DNA from: Ignavibacteria bacterium
Lineage (GTDB): Bacteria > Bacteroidota > Ignavibacteria > UBA10030 > UBA6906
Direction of reading: 5' to 3'
Assembly (NCBI GenBank): GCA_040290295.1
Contig: PSMW01000004.1
Location: 86,168-137,997, forward strand
Length of the DNA stretch: 51,830 nucleotides
Shown here piece by piece: positions 29,451 through 40,166 of the stretch (position 1 is its first letter; every line of letters begins with the position of its first letter). Both the position numbers and the translations under genes were made by a program. A model generated the notes under the pieces. That model searched no databases. It saw only the letters and a program-made list of their open reading frames with translations, and had not been told where the DNA came from.

Positions 29451-29750
29451 TCACGAAACCTCGGCATAGGTCGAGTACTTCTTGCTGTTTTCGTCTATGC
29501 ACCCTTCTAATAGCGTGAGTAATTCCTGTGTACGTTCGTCTTGTGTGTCATCCAGCGCATCGAATTCCTCTTGGCTCCCGAACATGTACACTTCCGTGAA
29601 GTGGTGCCTCTTCCCTTTCATTTCATAGACCGCGTAGTTCTTCTTTGTCGTATTCACGAGATGATCTCGAAGTTGTCGGATCAATCCCAAATACGTCTCG
29701 CGTTGTTCAGGGATGATGCTGTAAGAAATCGTAAACATAATTCGTGGCAT
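29451..29750 (-). CDS. Small hypothetical protein (dimeric alpha-beta barrel-like)
   Basis: 99 aa, AAAGGA RBS, NIPSNAP/ABM-like pattern. Confidence 0.65.
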   Translation of the reverse strand: MPRIMFTISYSIIPEQRETYLGLIRQLRDHLVNTTKKNYAVYEMKGKRHHFTEVYMFGSQEEFDALDDTQDERTQELLTLLEGCIDENSKKYSTYAEVS

Positions 29751-29828
29751 CTGCTGGAATCCTTTCTGATGTCAAGAAGAATGACTTGCACCTGTTGTTC
29801 ACATGTCCCTTCGGCGGCAGCGGCTCAG

Positions 29829-30206
29829 TCAGTACCCCGCCGCCCGGACTTCTTCCTCGTTCATGCCGTAATAATGGGCAATTTCGTGAATGAGGACGTG
29901 GCGAATCCGCTCACGCAATTCCGGGAGCGATCGGGCGTCACGCTCGATGTTGTGCTTGTACAATGAAATCCTGTCGGGAACTACGGGAGACATGCCGTAC
30001 CACGTGCCACGTTGGTTGAGCGGAATGCCTTCGTACAGTCCGTACAGCTCGCGAGGCGAACGCAGCCCCATCTTCTTCACCGTCTCAGCTGATGGCTTGT
30101 CCTCGACGACGATACTCACGTTGTCCATGTTGCGTTGGAAATCCGGAGGCAGTTCGTCGAACGCTTCTTGGACGAAATGTTCGAACTCCTCGTGTGTCAA
30201 CGTCAT
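29829..30206 (-). CDS. Zincin-like minimal metallopeptidase
   Basis: LYGLYEG, PDRISLY, HEIAHYYG; ATGA overlap with the upstream gene. Confidence 0.9.
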   Translation of the reverse strand: MTLTHEEFEHFVQEAFDELPPDFQRNMDNVSIVVEDKPSAETVKKMGLRSPRELYGLYEGIPLNQRGTWYGMSPVVPDRISLYKHNIERDARSLPELRERIRHVLIHEIAHYYGMNEEEVRAAGY

Positions 30207-30904
30207 CGCACCGACATCCATTGTAACGTTGTTACATATCCACCGACAACCAACAGCACGCTCAGCACCACGGGAATGGTTTGCCTGCCGCTGAGGCCGT
30301 TCGCTGCTGCCGCACCTTCGACAAGCAGGTAAAGCGCATAGACAGCGAGCACACTCTTCAGCGCTATCAGTGTGGTGTACGCGGCGGGCTTGATAATCAT
30401 CGGCGGTGGGTTCGTGCCAAAGAAAGCGAACCCGAACACTGCAAGTTCCAACGGCACTATCCACACGAGCGCCGACGCGATCGGAAACGTCGCGTATGAA
30501 ACCACCGCATACATATTCCGTAGCGTAGCATGCCCGCCTGCCACCTTCGTCAACTGCTGCAATGCAACGCTTACCAGAAAGAGAGAAAGCATTCCCAGAA
30601 ACGGGCCCACGAAGAAAGCAAATCCTGTCAACGTTATAAGGCCTCCGAAGACACCGCCGAGCGACCTATACCATGCAAAGTCGAACACCAAAACGATCCC
30701 GAAGAGGGCACTGAGCAGAATGACATAGTTTTTATGTCTGGCAAGCACAATCCGCATGAACGTCCGGCGTGGAGCCTCGATCAAACCCCATAGAGTGTGG
30801 AATAAATCGAGTGCATCGACCTTGCCCTGAACAAAGCTCCCACAGCTCACGCACGTCGTGTGCATATCCTCGTTAGCAGTTCCGCACACCGGACATTCGA
30901 TCAT
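30203..30904 (-). CDS. Zinc-ribbon plus Yip1-domain membrane protein
   Basis: CPVC...CVSC, then about 5 TM helices. Confidence 0.75.
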   Translation of the reverse strand: MIECPVCGTANEDMHTTCVSCGSFVQGKVDALDLFHTLWGLIEAPRRTFMRIVLARHKNYVILLSALFGIVLVFDFAWYRSLGGVFGGLITLTGFAFFVGPFLGMLSLFLVSVALQQLTKVAGGHATLRNMYAVVSYATFPIASALVWIVPLELAVFGFAFFGTNPPPMIIKPAAYTTLIALKSVLAVYALYLLVEGAAAANGLSGRQTIPVVLSVLLVVGGYVTTLQWMSVR

Positions 30905-30965
30905 TCGGGCCCTCTTTCGCGCTCGTGGTGCATCGGACGCAACTTGGTTTGTATCAAGCGCTTAA

Positions 30966-30994
30966 AAGTTACCGAATTTGGCATACTTTAGCAA
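30966..30994 (-). promoter_or_regulatory. Putative sigma70 promoter for the Yip1 to YD-repeat gene string
   Basis: TTGCTA-N17-TAACTT. Confidence 0.5.
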
Positions 30995-31052
30995 CGAAAA
31001 TGTTGATCGTGCAAAAAATGATTGCTCTTCACACCAAACACAGCATTGAGTG

Positions 31053-32423
31053 TCAGATCGGTTCGAACTTCGCTGTGAAGTGGCGAAGCATCGGCGCCTC
31101 TTCGATGATGCGATAGCCGCACAGTGTATCGCGGTGAGTAAAGGTCTCCGCGACCATTTCGGCAACGTAATCCATGTGGCTTTGTGTATAGACGCGACGA
31201 GGTATTGCTAAGCGAACCAACTCCATGCGCGCAGGAATCAATCGATGTTGTGCATCGTACTTGCCGAACATGACGCTGCCGATTTCGACGGAACAAATGC
31301 CTCCACGTCGATACAACTCAACCACCCGCGACTGTCCCGGGTAGTGCTCCACAAAAATGTGGGGCAAGAATCGTTTCGCATTCAGATAGATCGCATGTCC
31401 GCCGGGTGGTTGCAAAATGGGCACTCCTGCCCGGGCAAGTTGTTCTCCAAGGTACTCGACCGAGCGAATGCGATATCCCAGATAATGTTCGTCCAGAACT
31501 TCATCCAATCCTTGGGCGATCGCTTCGAGGTCTCTGCCGGCGAGTCCGCCGTAGGTGGTAAAGCCCATCGTCACAATCAGGAGATTGCGCGCCTGCATTG
31601 CAAGCTGGTCGTCGTTGAGAGCAAGGAACCCTCCGATGTTCACGATTGCATCTTTCTTTGCGCTCATCGTTGCGCCGTCGGCGTACGAGAACATCTCGCG
31701 TGCGATTTCCTTGACAGGGACATGCTCGTATCCCGGTTCCCGCAATTTGATGAAGTAGGCATTCTCCGCGAAGCGGCACGCATCGAGGAAGAGCGGTATC
31801 CCATACTTCGAGCAGACGCGTTTCGTTTCGCGGATGTTCTGTATCGAAACAGGCTGCCCTCCTCCCGAATTGTTCGTCACAGTGATCATGCAAAGAGGAA
31901 TGTTAGCGGCGCCAACACGATCGATGAACTCTTCAAGTGCCTGAACATCCATGTTGCCCTTGAACAGAGCGATGAGATCGGGGTCCTTTCCTTCCTCCGT
32001 CGGCAGATCTACGGCTTCCGCACCGCTGAACTCGACGTTCGCTTTTGTTGTGTCGAAGTGGGAATTGTTGGGAATGTACTCCCCTTTCCCGCCCACAATG
32101 GTGAAAAGAATTTTCTCTGCTGATCTCCCTTGGTGCGTCGGTATGATATGCTTCAGGCCCGTTAACTGTCGGACCTTGCGTTCGAACCGGTAAAAACTTT
32201 TCGCTCCGGCATAGGCTTCGTCTCCTTCCATGATGCCTGCCCATTGTTTTGCACTCATCGCGGCAGTGCCGCTGTCGGTCAGCAAGTCGATCAGCACTTC
32301 TTCGGCAGGTAGAAGAAACATGTTGTAGTATGCTCGACGAAGGTATGCTTACCCTTCTCGTTCCGTCGTAAAGTTGATCGGCTCGACGGATTTGATTTTG
32401 AATGGTTCGATGATCGTCTTCAT
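31053..32423 (-). pseudogene. tnaA: Tryptophanase with in-frame TAA at codon 25 (32351-32349)
   Basis: MKTIIEPFKIKSVE...EG*AYLRRAYYNMFLL in one frame; IDLLTDSGT, HQGR, PLP motif SAKKD, LRHFTA. Confidence 0.85.
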
Positions 32424-32557
32424 GGCTCGGGTGTATGTTCGGTCGTAGGGTTGCTTTGAGACGTTCTGCGTCACACACGTGTTACCGATGTGGCGCCGCT
32501 GACTTTCGACTGAGAGAGAAATCTCCTATCTTGCCGTCGGTGAGCTCACTGCATGAT

Positions 32558-33103
32558 ATGAATTTGTTCAAGAAAAATCTTCTCCCCTCGGAATTGGGCG
32601 AGCACATGTACGAAGCGCTCCGCCACGCGATGCAATCGGATGGAGAACTTTCCATGCGCCGTTTGCTTGTCGCTTTGGAGTTGGTGCCGGAAGAACTGCA
32701 CGATCAGTATGTGGGTGAGATTATGATCGGACTGATGTTCGGGGCAACGCTCGCCGTCGAAAGTGCCGCTACGCCCAGAACAGCCACGCACATCATCTCC
32801 GCACTCAAGGCGGAATTCCTCAATCACCTAGAAGAGCAGGGGGCAACTGCACTCCAACGTGCCGAATGGGAAGCCGTTTTAGCTGCGCGGTTCCTCACGT
32901 ACCGAGAAACGCTCGAAGGATACACAGGCTTCGAGCCGCCATGGAAGCTCGGCAGAGCGTTCTTTTGGCATGTCATCAATGAGGAAGTTCACCTCGCCAT
33001 GTGTGTGAAGATTTGCACGCTCTACATTTTGGCTGCTCGTGACTACTGCTTCGGCATCCTCAAGGAATTGGGTCCCCGGCTTGCTTTCGCGCCGGAGGCA
33101 TAG
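32558..33103 (+). CDS. Hypothetical helical protein
   Basis: 181-aa ORF filling the gap and converging on bcp; no family recognised. Confidence 0.65.
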   Translation: MNLFKKNLLPSELGEHMYEALRHAMQSDGELSMRRLLVALELVPEELHDQYVGEIMIGLMFGATLAVESAATPRTATHIISALKAEFLNHLEEQGATALQRAEWEAVLAARFLTYRETLEGYTGFEPPWKLGRAFFWHVINEEVHLAMCVKICTLYILAARDYCFGILKELGPRLAFAPEA

Positions 33104-33106
33104 CTC

Positions 33107-33589
33107 TCACGTCGATGTACACAACTCTCGCAACGCTTCCAGCACGCCATCGAGATGCTTCCCGATCTGGATTTCGTGATGCACGATGCGACGAATGATG
33201 CCTTCTTTGTCGATCACGAACGTCAGTCGTTTGGCTCCGGGCAGCATCCCCCACAGTCTTCCATCCGCGCCGTACGCTCGAGCAATTGCATGATCGCGAT
33301 CGCTGATCAATGAAAACGGCAATCGGTGGCGATGCATGAATGCCTCGTGCGTCTGCTCGTCATCGAAACTCACGCCAAGGAGAACTGCATCGCATTGCGT
33401 GAGTGCTTCGTAGTTGGCGCGAAAGGAACAGACCTCCGCGGTGCAGCCCGGCGTGAAATCCTTTGGGTAGAAAAACAGCACGACGTGCTTCTTTCCACGA
33501 AAGTCCGACAGTTGAATCTCCTCTCCGGTTGTCAAGCGTGCACGAAAATCGGGTGCTGCATCACCCGGTTGTAACGAGCGAGTTCGCAT
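33107..33589 (-). CDS. bcp: Peroxiredoxin, BCP/PrxQ type
   Basis: FYPKDFTPGCTAEVC, RLTFVIDKEG. Confidence 0.9.
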   Translation of the reverse strand: MRTRSLQPGDAAPDFRARLTTGEEIQLSDFRGKKHVVLFFYPKDFTPGCTAEVCSFRANYEALTQCDAVLLGVSFDDEQTHEAFMHRHRLPFSLISDRDHAIARAYGADGRLWGMLPGAKRLTFVIDKEGIIRRIVHHEIQIGKHLDGVLEALRELCTST

Positions 33590-33592
33590 GGT

Positions 33593-36500
33593 TCATTCTG
33601 CCACTGGGGTGGTTTCTTCGGATGAAGCTGAGAGGCGCTTCCGCCACTCAGCAAAACGCGCCTTGAGCGCAAGATTCCATTCTTCCAACAATGAATAGAA
33701 CGTCGGGACAATCACCAGTGTCAGGAACGTGGAGACCGACAGGCCGAATATGATCGCAACGCCAAGAGGTCGCCAAAAATCTGCGCTCTCGGCGCCCACA
33801 ACGAAGTGAAATCCTCTCCAATCGAAATCGACTCCCGATGCCAGCGGCAGAATACCTAACACGGTCGTAGCGGCTGTGAGGACAACGGGACGTAAACGAG
33901 TTCGCCCCGCCTCCAGCAGAGCTTCGTCCAGTGTCATGCCCGCAGTGCGAAGGTGCTTCGTGAAATCCAATAGGACGATAGCATTTTTCACGACGATTCC
34001 TGCAAGCGATACAATACCAACGCCGGTCATGATCACGCTGAACGGCGTGAAGGTTATCAGCAATCCGATAAAGACGCCGATCAGCGACAGCGGGATGGAA
34101 AACATGATCACCAACGGAACCTTGATCGAGTTGAACTCCGAAACCATCACGAAGAACACCAACAACAGCGTCACCAGAAACGCCTCCTTGAGGAATTGTT
34201 CTGCTTTAGCTCGTTCCTCATCTTCACCCGAAAAGCTGATGGTGTAGCCCGATGGCAGAGAGAAGTCTTCCAGCGCCCGCTTCACATCCGTAAGCACATC
34301 GGCAGCCAGCCTGCCTTGCGCATCGGCGGTAATGGTGATGACCCGCTTCTGATCCTTCCGATAAATGTCGGCAATACCCGTCGTTTGATGAATGTTCGCC
34401 ACGTCAACCAGCGGCACGGAGAGAAGCTTTCCTTGTTTGTTCATGAACGTGATGTGCAGATTCTGTAAGTCGGGAATCGATGACCGCTGGTCCTCTCGCA
34501 GTCGGACACGAATTTTGTACTCATCCTCTCCAACCCGATACTTCGATGCCTCTGCACCGCTTATCGCAGCTCGCACCGTGTTGGCGATCTGACCCGTGTT
34601 CATCCACAGCAGTGCAGCTTTCTCGCGATCGACTTCGATCGTCACCTCCGGTTTCCCCGGGTTGTAGTTATCTTTCAAATCGACCAATCCCGGAATCGCC
34701 TTGATGCGTTCCTGGATCCTTCTCGAAAGAGCGATCAGCGTCGGGTAGTCCGTGCCGGCAAGCTCGATGCTTACTGGTGCGCCCACCGGGGGTCCCATTG
34801 TTTGTCGCTCCACCCTGAGCTTTGCATCGGGAACGCCCGTTGCATCGGCGCGCACTTCCTCGAGGGTCTTGAAACTCGATCGCGAGCGGAGTGCCTTCTC
34901 ATAGAAATTGATGGCGATTGTGCCTTTGTTCGATGTCCCCTGTCCGCCGAAATCGAATACGTTGTCGGATGTACCGATGTTGGTGACAACGAATTCCATA
35001 TCTCGTGCGCCGGGCAGGCGCGCAAACCGGTGCTCGAGAATCTCGGCGATGCCGTTCGTGACGGCAAGCGACGTACCGGCAGGCGCTTCGATACTCACGC
35101 GAATTTGGTTCGGTTGAGTGTTCGGGAAGAATTCGATGCCTTTGTTGAAGAAGGCAAAGACAACCGAGATGAGCACGAGAAACGCAAACGCGACGCCCAG
35201 TGTAGCCCGCTTGTGGTTCAGTGCCCACCGCAAGGTACCGACGTACCTGCCGATCAACGCCGGGAAGAACCGCTCATCGACTTTGTGATAGATGATTGTA
35301 ATGGGATTGTACTTCTTGTACCAGCGAGGATGCGCGAGATTTTCTTTTGCTTTGCGGATCTCTTTCCTGTAGTCTATCCAACGAGCGCCTTGGACCGGAC
35401 TAATGACGAACGCGACGAGCAGCGAACCACCCAACGTGATAATGAGTGTGAGCGGCAAATACTTCATGAAGTCACCGACGATGCCGGGCCAGAACAACAG
35501 CGGAATGAACGCCGACACGGTCGTGACGGTCGATGTGATCACCGGGATGGCGACTTCTGCCGTTGCTCGTTTCGCCGCCACATCTGGCTGTTCTTGATAC
35601 TCCTGCTGATGCCGGTAAATATTCTCGATCACCACAATCGCGTCGTCCACGAGGATGCCGAGTACCAGCACCAACGAAAACAGCACGACCATGTTCAGCG
35701 TGATGCCGTAGAGCGAGAAAATCGTGAACCCCACCAACATCGAAAGAGGAATGGCAGTGGCGATGAGGAGCGAATTCTTGAAGCCGAAGAACATGAATAA
35801 GCACACCACCACGAGGAACATGCCCGTCATGATACTGTTCTCCAACTCGAATACCATCCGATTGATGAAGACCGATTGATCGTTCGTGATGTCGATGTTC
35901 ACGCTGGGGGGCAACGTCGCTCGCGTGCTTTCAACAATCTGCTTCACCTCTCTGGCGATGCGCACGAGGTTCTCGCCCGCACGCTTGCGCACCGCGAGCG
36001 TAACGACCTCCTTGCCGTTGAGCCGCGAGTATGTTTTTCGATCCTCGAACGATGCATACACCTGCGCAACATCGCGCACGTAAATGGGCTTCCCTCCTTG
36101 TAACTTAATGACGATGTCCTCAATCGGCTTCACGTCCTTGTACTCACCCGGGATACGCACCGAGTAGGTCAGTTCCTTCGTATCGATCGACCCGCCCGGG
36201 ATGGACACATTTTCGTTACGTATGGCGTTCACCACATCGTCGAAGCCGATCCGATATTCGTTGAGCAAATGAACGTCGCAATTTACCTGAATCTCCGGCT
36301 CCAAGCCTCCAGTGAGATCGACACGCAACACACCCTGCACCGCCTCGATCCTTTTCTTTACGTCTTCGGCGATGGTCTTCAGGCGCGCGACGCCGTACGG
36401 TCCGCCAACATTGACGTACATGATGGGGAACTCGCTGATGTTGATCTCGCTGACGACCGGATCGAGGATGTCGTTCGGGAGGTCCTTGCGAGTGGAATTA

Positions 36501-36835
36501 ACTTTGTCGCGTACGCGTCGGAGCGCTTCATCGAGATCGACGCCGATTTCGAACTCAACGCTCACCGTGGCAAGCCCTTCCTTCGAGACGGAGGTGATGT
36601 GCTTGATGTTTTTCAGCGACTTCAACGCCCGCTCCAGCGGTTGCGTTACCAATCCTTCCACGTCGGTGGGCGATACGCCAACATACGGCACTGAGACGAT
36701 GATGTAGGGAACCTTCACATCCGGGGAGGCTTCACGCGGCAAGCCGATGTATGCCTTCCATCCGATGACCACGATCAGAAGGATGAAGATATAAACGACG
36801 ACTTTATTGTCGATAGCCAGATTATAGATCCGCAT
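33593..36835 (-). CDS. RND efflux permease (AcrB family)
   Basis: GILVDDAIVV, VVKNAIVL, RLRPV proton-relay residues; 1080 aa. Confidence 0.96.
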   Translation of the reverse strand: MRIYNLAIDNKVVVYIFILLIVVIGWKAYIGLPREASPDVKVPYIIVSVPYVGVSPTDVEGLVTQPLERALKSLKNIKHITSVSKEGLATVSVEFEIGVDLDEALRRVRDKVNSTRKDLPNDILDPVVSEINISEFPIMYVNVGGPYGVARLKTIAEDVKKRIEAVQGVLRVDLTGGLEPEIQVNCDVHLLNEYRIGFDDVVNAIRNENVSIPGGSIDTKELTYSVRIPGEYKDVKPIEDIVIKLQGGKPIYVRDVAQVYASFEDRKTYSRLNGKEVVTLAVRKRAGENLVRIAREVKQIVESTRATLPPSVNIDITNDQSVFINRMVFELENSIMTGMFLVVVCLFMFFGFKNSLLIATAIPLSMLVGFTIFSLYGITLNMVVLFSLVLVLGILVDDAIVVIENIYRHQQEYQEQPDVAAKRATAEVAIPVITSTVTTVSAFIPLLFWPGIVGDFMKYLPLTLIITLGGSLLVAFVISPVQGARWIDYRKEIRKAKENLAHPRWYKKYNPITIIYHKVDERFFPALIGRYVGTLRWALNHKRATLGVAFAFLVLISVVFAFFNKGIEFFPNTQPNQIRVSIEAPAGTSLAVTNGIAEILEHRFARLPGARDMEFVVTNIGTSDNVFDFGGQGTSNKGTIAINFYEKALRSRSSFKTLEEVRADATGVPDAKLRVERQTMGPPVGAPVSIELAGTDYPTLIALSRRIQERIKAIPGLVDLKDNYNPGKPEVTIEVDREKAALLWMNTGQIANTVRAAISGAEASKYRVGEDEYKIRVRLREDQRSSIPDLQNLHITFMNKQGKLLSVPLVDVANIHQTTGIADIYRKDQKRVITITADAQGRLAADVLTDVKRALEDFSLPSGYTISFSGEDEERAKAEQFLKEAFLVTLLLVFFVMVSEFNSIKVPLVIMFSIPLSLIGVFIGLLITFTPFSVIMTGVGIVSLAGIVVKNAIVLLDFTKHLRTAGMTLDEALLEAGRTRLRPVVLTAATTVLGILPLASGVDFDWRGFHFVVGAESADFWRPLGVAIIFGLSVSTFLTLVIVPTFYSLLEEWNLALKARFAEWRKRLSASSEETTPVAE

Positions 36836-36880
36836 AGCTCACTCGTGCAATGCTCTGCTGATAGCCGTCTTGGGGGTCAC

Positions 36881-37990
36881 TCAACGATCCGGTGTCGAGT
36901 AGCCCGCTTCGTGCGGCGAGACGACCACAACGGGTTGCTTGTCGGCAACTTCCTTGAATCCGCGAACGATGACGCGATCGCCTTCCTTCAATCCCGAGAC
37001 AATTTCCACCACATTTCCGTCACGCCCCCCGAGTTGCACGATCCGTTCCTGTGCAATTCCTCCGTTCTCGACATACACAACGAATTTGTTACGATCGACT
37101 TGTTGAACGATGCTCTCATCCACCACCAACGCGCGCGGTTGCACAGCGAGTGCAAGCTTGACACGTGCAATCATTTCGGGTTTCAGCTTGCCCGCGGGAT
37201 TCGACACAAGCGCCTCGATCGAAAAGGTGCGATTGTCGGGTGAAATCGTCGTGCCGATGAACGCTACGCGCCCCTCGAAAACCTCCGACGGGTAGGCCAA
37301 CACGGTAAGCTGGAGGTGCGAGCCTGGTTTGATCCTTCCTGCATAGCGTTCGGGAACATTCACCACCACCTTCACCGTGCGTATCTTGACGATGCGAGCG
37401 ATCGGAACGCCGGGCGCTGCCATTTCACCCGCGTCCACGAAACGATCGTCGAGAATGCCGTCGATCGGACTTTTGATGCGTGTGCGCTCCCATCGCGCGC
37501 GCATCAAATCTGCCTGCGCCTTGGCAGCGTCGCGATTGAACTCGCTCGTCTTCAGTTGCCACTCGCTCACAGCCTGTTCGGTAAACACCTGTTGTTGTTT
37601 TTCCCATGTCAGTTCTGCCGACTTGTATTGGGCGAGCGCAGATTCGTAACTGGGTCTGATGACGTCATCATTCAGCAATACAACCACATCGCCCTTCCGT
37701 ACGAACGAGCCTTTCTCAAACTTCCACATGTTCACAACGCCCCCCTCTTCGGGTGCTATCACGATATCTTCCAAAGCTTTGATCGAGCCGCTGAGATGAA
37801 GCGTCTCGACGAACGGCTGAGGTCGCAGTTCCTGCACCTGCACGTGCACAGCACGCGGCGCGGCTGACGCCGTCGTTTTCGGCTGGTTCGCCGTTGTGTC
37901 GGAACAGCTTCCCACCAGCATGCCCAGAACAATCATCCCTCCTTCGATTGCAACAAGTCTCAACATTCTCATGACCATTTCCTTTTCCAT
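36881..37990 (-). CDS. RND periplasmic adaptor (MFP)
   Basis: Lipoprotein-like LVGSC, IKSPIDG, LKPEM, GLKEGDRVI. Confidence 0.93.
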   Translation of the reverse strand: MEKEMVMRMLRLVAIEGGMIVLGMLVGSCSDTTANQPKTTASAAPRAVHVQVQELRPQPFVETLHLSGSIKALEDIVIAPEEGGVVNMWKFEKGSFVRKGDVVVLLNDDVIRPSYESALAQYKSAELTWEKQQQVFTEQAVSEWQLKTSEFNRDAAKAQADLMRARWERTRIKSPIDGILDDRFVDAGEMAAPGVPIARIVKIRTVKVVVNVPERYAGRIKPGSHLQLTVLAYPSEVFEGRVAFIGTTISPDNRTFSIEALVSNPAGKLKPEMIARVKLALAVQPRALVVDESIVQQVDRNKFVVYVENGGIAQERIVQLGGRDGNVVEIVSGLKEGDRVIVRGFKEVADKQPVVVVSPHEAGYSTPDR

Positions 37991-38011
37991 CTTACAGAAA
38001 CCTCCATCAGT

Positions 38012-39388
38012 TCATTCCTCTGCCGCCGACTGAACATACGACGGCTTTCTACCCAACAATTGGTCGAGGTCGGCTGCCGCGACCAGATAATCGTACATGG
38101 CTTGCACACGATTCGTTCGAGCGGTGGTGAGCGCAAGCTGCGCGTCGTTCACTTCGAGTTGTGTGCCGCTGCCCGTTGTGAACCGTGTGACCGCAATGCG
38201 ATAGCCGCGCTCCGCCTGCTCCACCGTGCGCTCTTGCGCATCGATGCGTTCCTTGGCACGGCGTAGGGACATGACCGTTGCTTGGACGGCTGCCTTGAGC
38301 GATTGTTCGGTGTATGCAATCTGCTCTTGCGTTTTTCGCGCATCAAGCGCCGCTTGCTCCACCCGCGCCGTCGTACGAAATCCATCGAAGAGATTCAAAG
38401 AAAGAGTAACACCAGCGAGCGAGCTTCTCACGAAGTCGTGTGTCGAAATGCGCAGATCGTTTTGTTGTGTTTGAAATTGATAGGTACCGAACGCGGCAAG
38501 ACTCGGCAAAAAGTTCGAACGCTCCACTCTGGTGATGGCATCATTGACCTCGAGCTGGTAGCGCAATGCTCCAAGCGACGGATTCGCTTCGAGAACGCTC
38601 TCTGCACCCGAGCGGAGCACACCTTCGTCCACCGGTTCGTAGGTGAGCGTTCCGGTTATCTCCACCGAATCGTTCACCGCCAACCCTAAGGTGACCTTCA
38701 AGGAGTTGAGAGCGAGATCATAATTGTTTTCTGCACGGATCGCTTCGGGACGAAGGTTCGCCAATCCGACTTCCGCCCGTAGTTTGTCATATTCGGAGAT
38801 CAATCCTTGGGCTGCAAGAATCGTGGCGTTGCGAACGTTTTCTTCCGCGTTCCGCATATTCGCACGCATCATCTCGCGCACCTCCGCGGCAAGCAACACG
38901 GCGTAGTATGCCTTGCGTGCCGCAGTGATCGTCTCAATCAGCTTCGCCCGATACACTTCACGCGTTGCTTGCGAATAGATCCTTGCCGATCCGACACCGG
39001 TGAACACAGCAGAATTGAACAGGACTTGCGAAACGGTCACATTCAGGTCGATTGAGTTCGCCGAGCCTATCTCGATCGCCCGAACATCTCCCCTCCGAAA
39101 TGCCGTTGAGTCGAAAATATTGGGAAAGAAGAAGACAGGTCTCTTGATGGCACGGGTGTATCGTCCTGCGATGTCGATGCTAGGCAGGGCGTATCCCCAT
39201 GCTTCACGAACGCGCGCGTCGGCACGTCCCACTTCATGTCGTGCTTCAGCCAACGCATGATTCTTCTGCAGAGCCACGCGGACCGCCTCTTCCAAGGTCA
39301 AGCGGAGGACCTGCGCCTGCGTCGTTCGAATGGTACCCATTACTCCGAATATCACAAAAACAAGAATTGTTCTCCGATGCAGTTTCAT
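38012..39388 (-). CDS. TolC family outer membrane protein
   Basis: Signal peptide, LTLEEAVRVAL, duplicated OEP helical repeats. Confidence 0.93.
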   Translation of the reverse strand: MKLHRRTILVFVIFGVMGTIRTTQAQVLRLTLEEAVRVALQKNHALAEARHEVGRADARVREAWGYALPSIDIAGRYTRAIKRPVFFFPNIFDSTAFRRGDVRAIEIGSANSIDLNVTVSQVLFNSAVFTGVGSARIYSQATREVYRAKLIETITAARKAYYAVLLAAEVREMMRANMRNAEENVRNATILAAQGLISEYDKLRAEVGLANLRPEAIRAENNYDLALNSLKVTLGLAVNDSVEITGTLTYEPVDEGVLRSGAESVLEANPSLGALRYQLEVNDAITRVERSNFLPSLAAFGTYQFQTQQNDLRISTHDFVRSSLAGVTLSLNLFDGFRTTARVEQAALDARKTQEQIAYTEQSLKAAVQATVMSLRRAKERIDAQERTVEQAERGYRIAVTRFTTGSGTQLEVNDAQLALTTARTNRVQAMYDYLVAAADLDQLLGRKPSYVQSAAEE

Positions 39389-39525
39389 ATCATTCCTGTC
39401 TATCAATCCTCATCCTTCACTCATTTCCAGCCAAGAGGTTGTCTCTGTCCCTCGCCCCACGCTCTCTCGTGCCGGAACACGTATTGCCGAATTGCTTTCT
39501 CGAACGCCACGATGCGTGACCGCAC

Positions 39526-40152
39526 TTAGGAGCGCGCGGCACCGTCAAAGAACAGCCGCGTCAAAAATGTTGCTTCAGCTTCACAATCCACCGCCGTGAG
39601 GCCGGGGAGCGTAAACGATCGCCGCATGGCGCGATTATGAATCATCCCCACGAAGACGTGCGCCAACTCCGCAGGATCGTCCTTGATGATAAGCCGCTTG
39701 TTCATCTCGCGACGAAGTGCCGAAGCCAAGACCGAGGCAATGGCATGAACGCGTTTGATAATTGCGGAGAGGTCTTCCTTCATGTGCGTTCGATGGATCT
39801 CGCGCACAAGAATATGAAGCAAGTCTTCGTTGGTGCGATAGTATTCTAACGTCCGCACAGCGTACCGGCAGAACTGATCGCGCACGGGCCCTCCCTCCGC
39901 CAGCGCCTGCTCAGCGATATGAATCATCTCATCGAGAATGCTCTCGACGATTTCGCGGAAGAGCGTCTCCTTGCTGTCGAAGTAGTTGTAGAGCGTTCCC
40001 TTGGCAAATTCTGCAAGCTCAGCGATCTCATCTAATGTTGCGCGCTCATAGCCTTTTGTGGCAAAAACCTTACGCGCCGCTGACAGAATCTCCGCCCGTT
40101 TTGCCTGCCGTTCCCGTTTCTTCCGTTGCAAAGGGATTTGCGTCTGTCTCAT
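39526..40152 (-). CDS. TetR/AcrR family regulator
   Basis: HTH ATLDEIAELAEFAKGTLYNYFDSKE. Confidence 0.95.
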   Translation of the reverse strand: MRQTQIPLQRKKRERQAKRAEILSAARKVFATKGYERATLDEIAELAEFAKGTLYNYFDSKETLFREIVESILDEMIHIAEQALAEGGPVRDQFCRYAVRTLEYYRTNEDLLHILVREIHRTHMKEDLSAIIKRVHAIASVLASALRREMNKRLIIKDDPAELAHVFVGMIHNRAMRRSFTLPGLTAVDCEAEATFLTRLFFDGAARS

Positions 40153-40166
40153 AGTGTCCGAATGAT

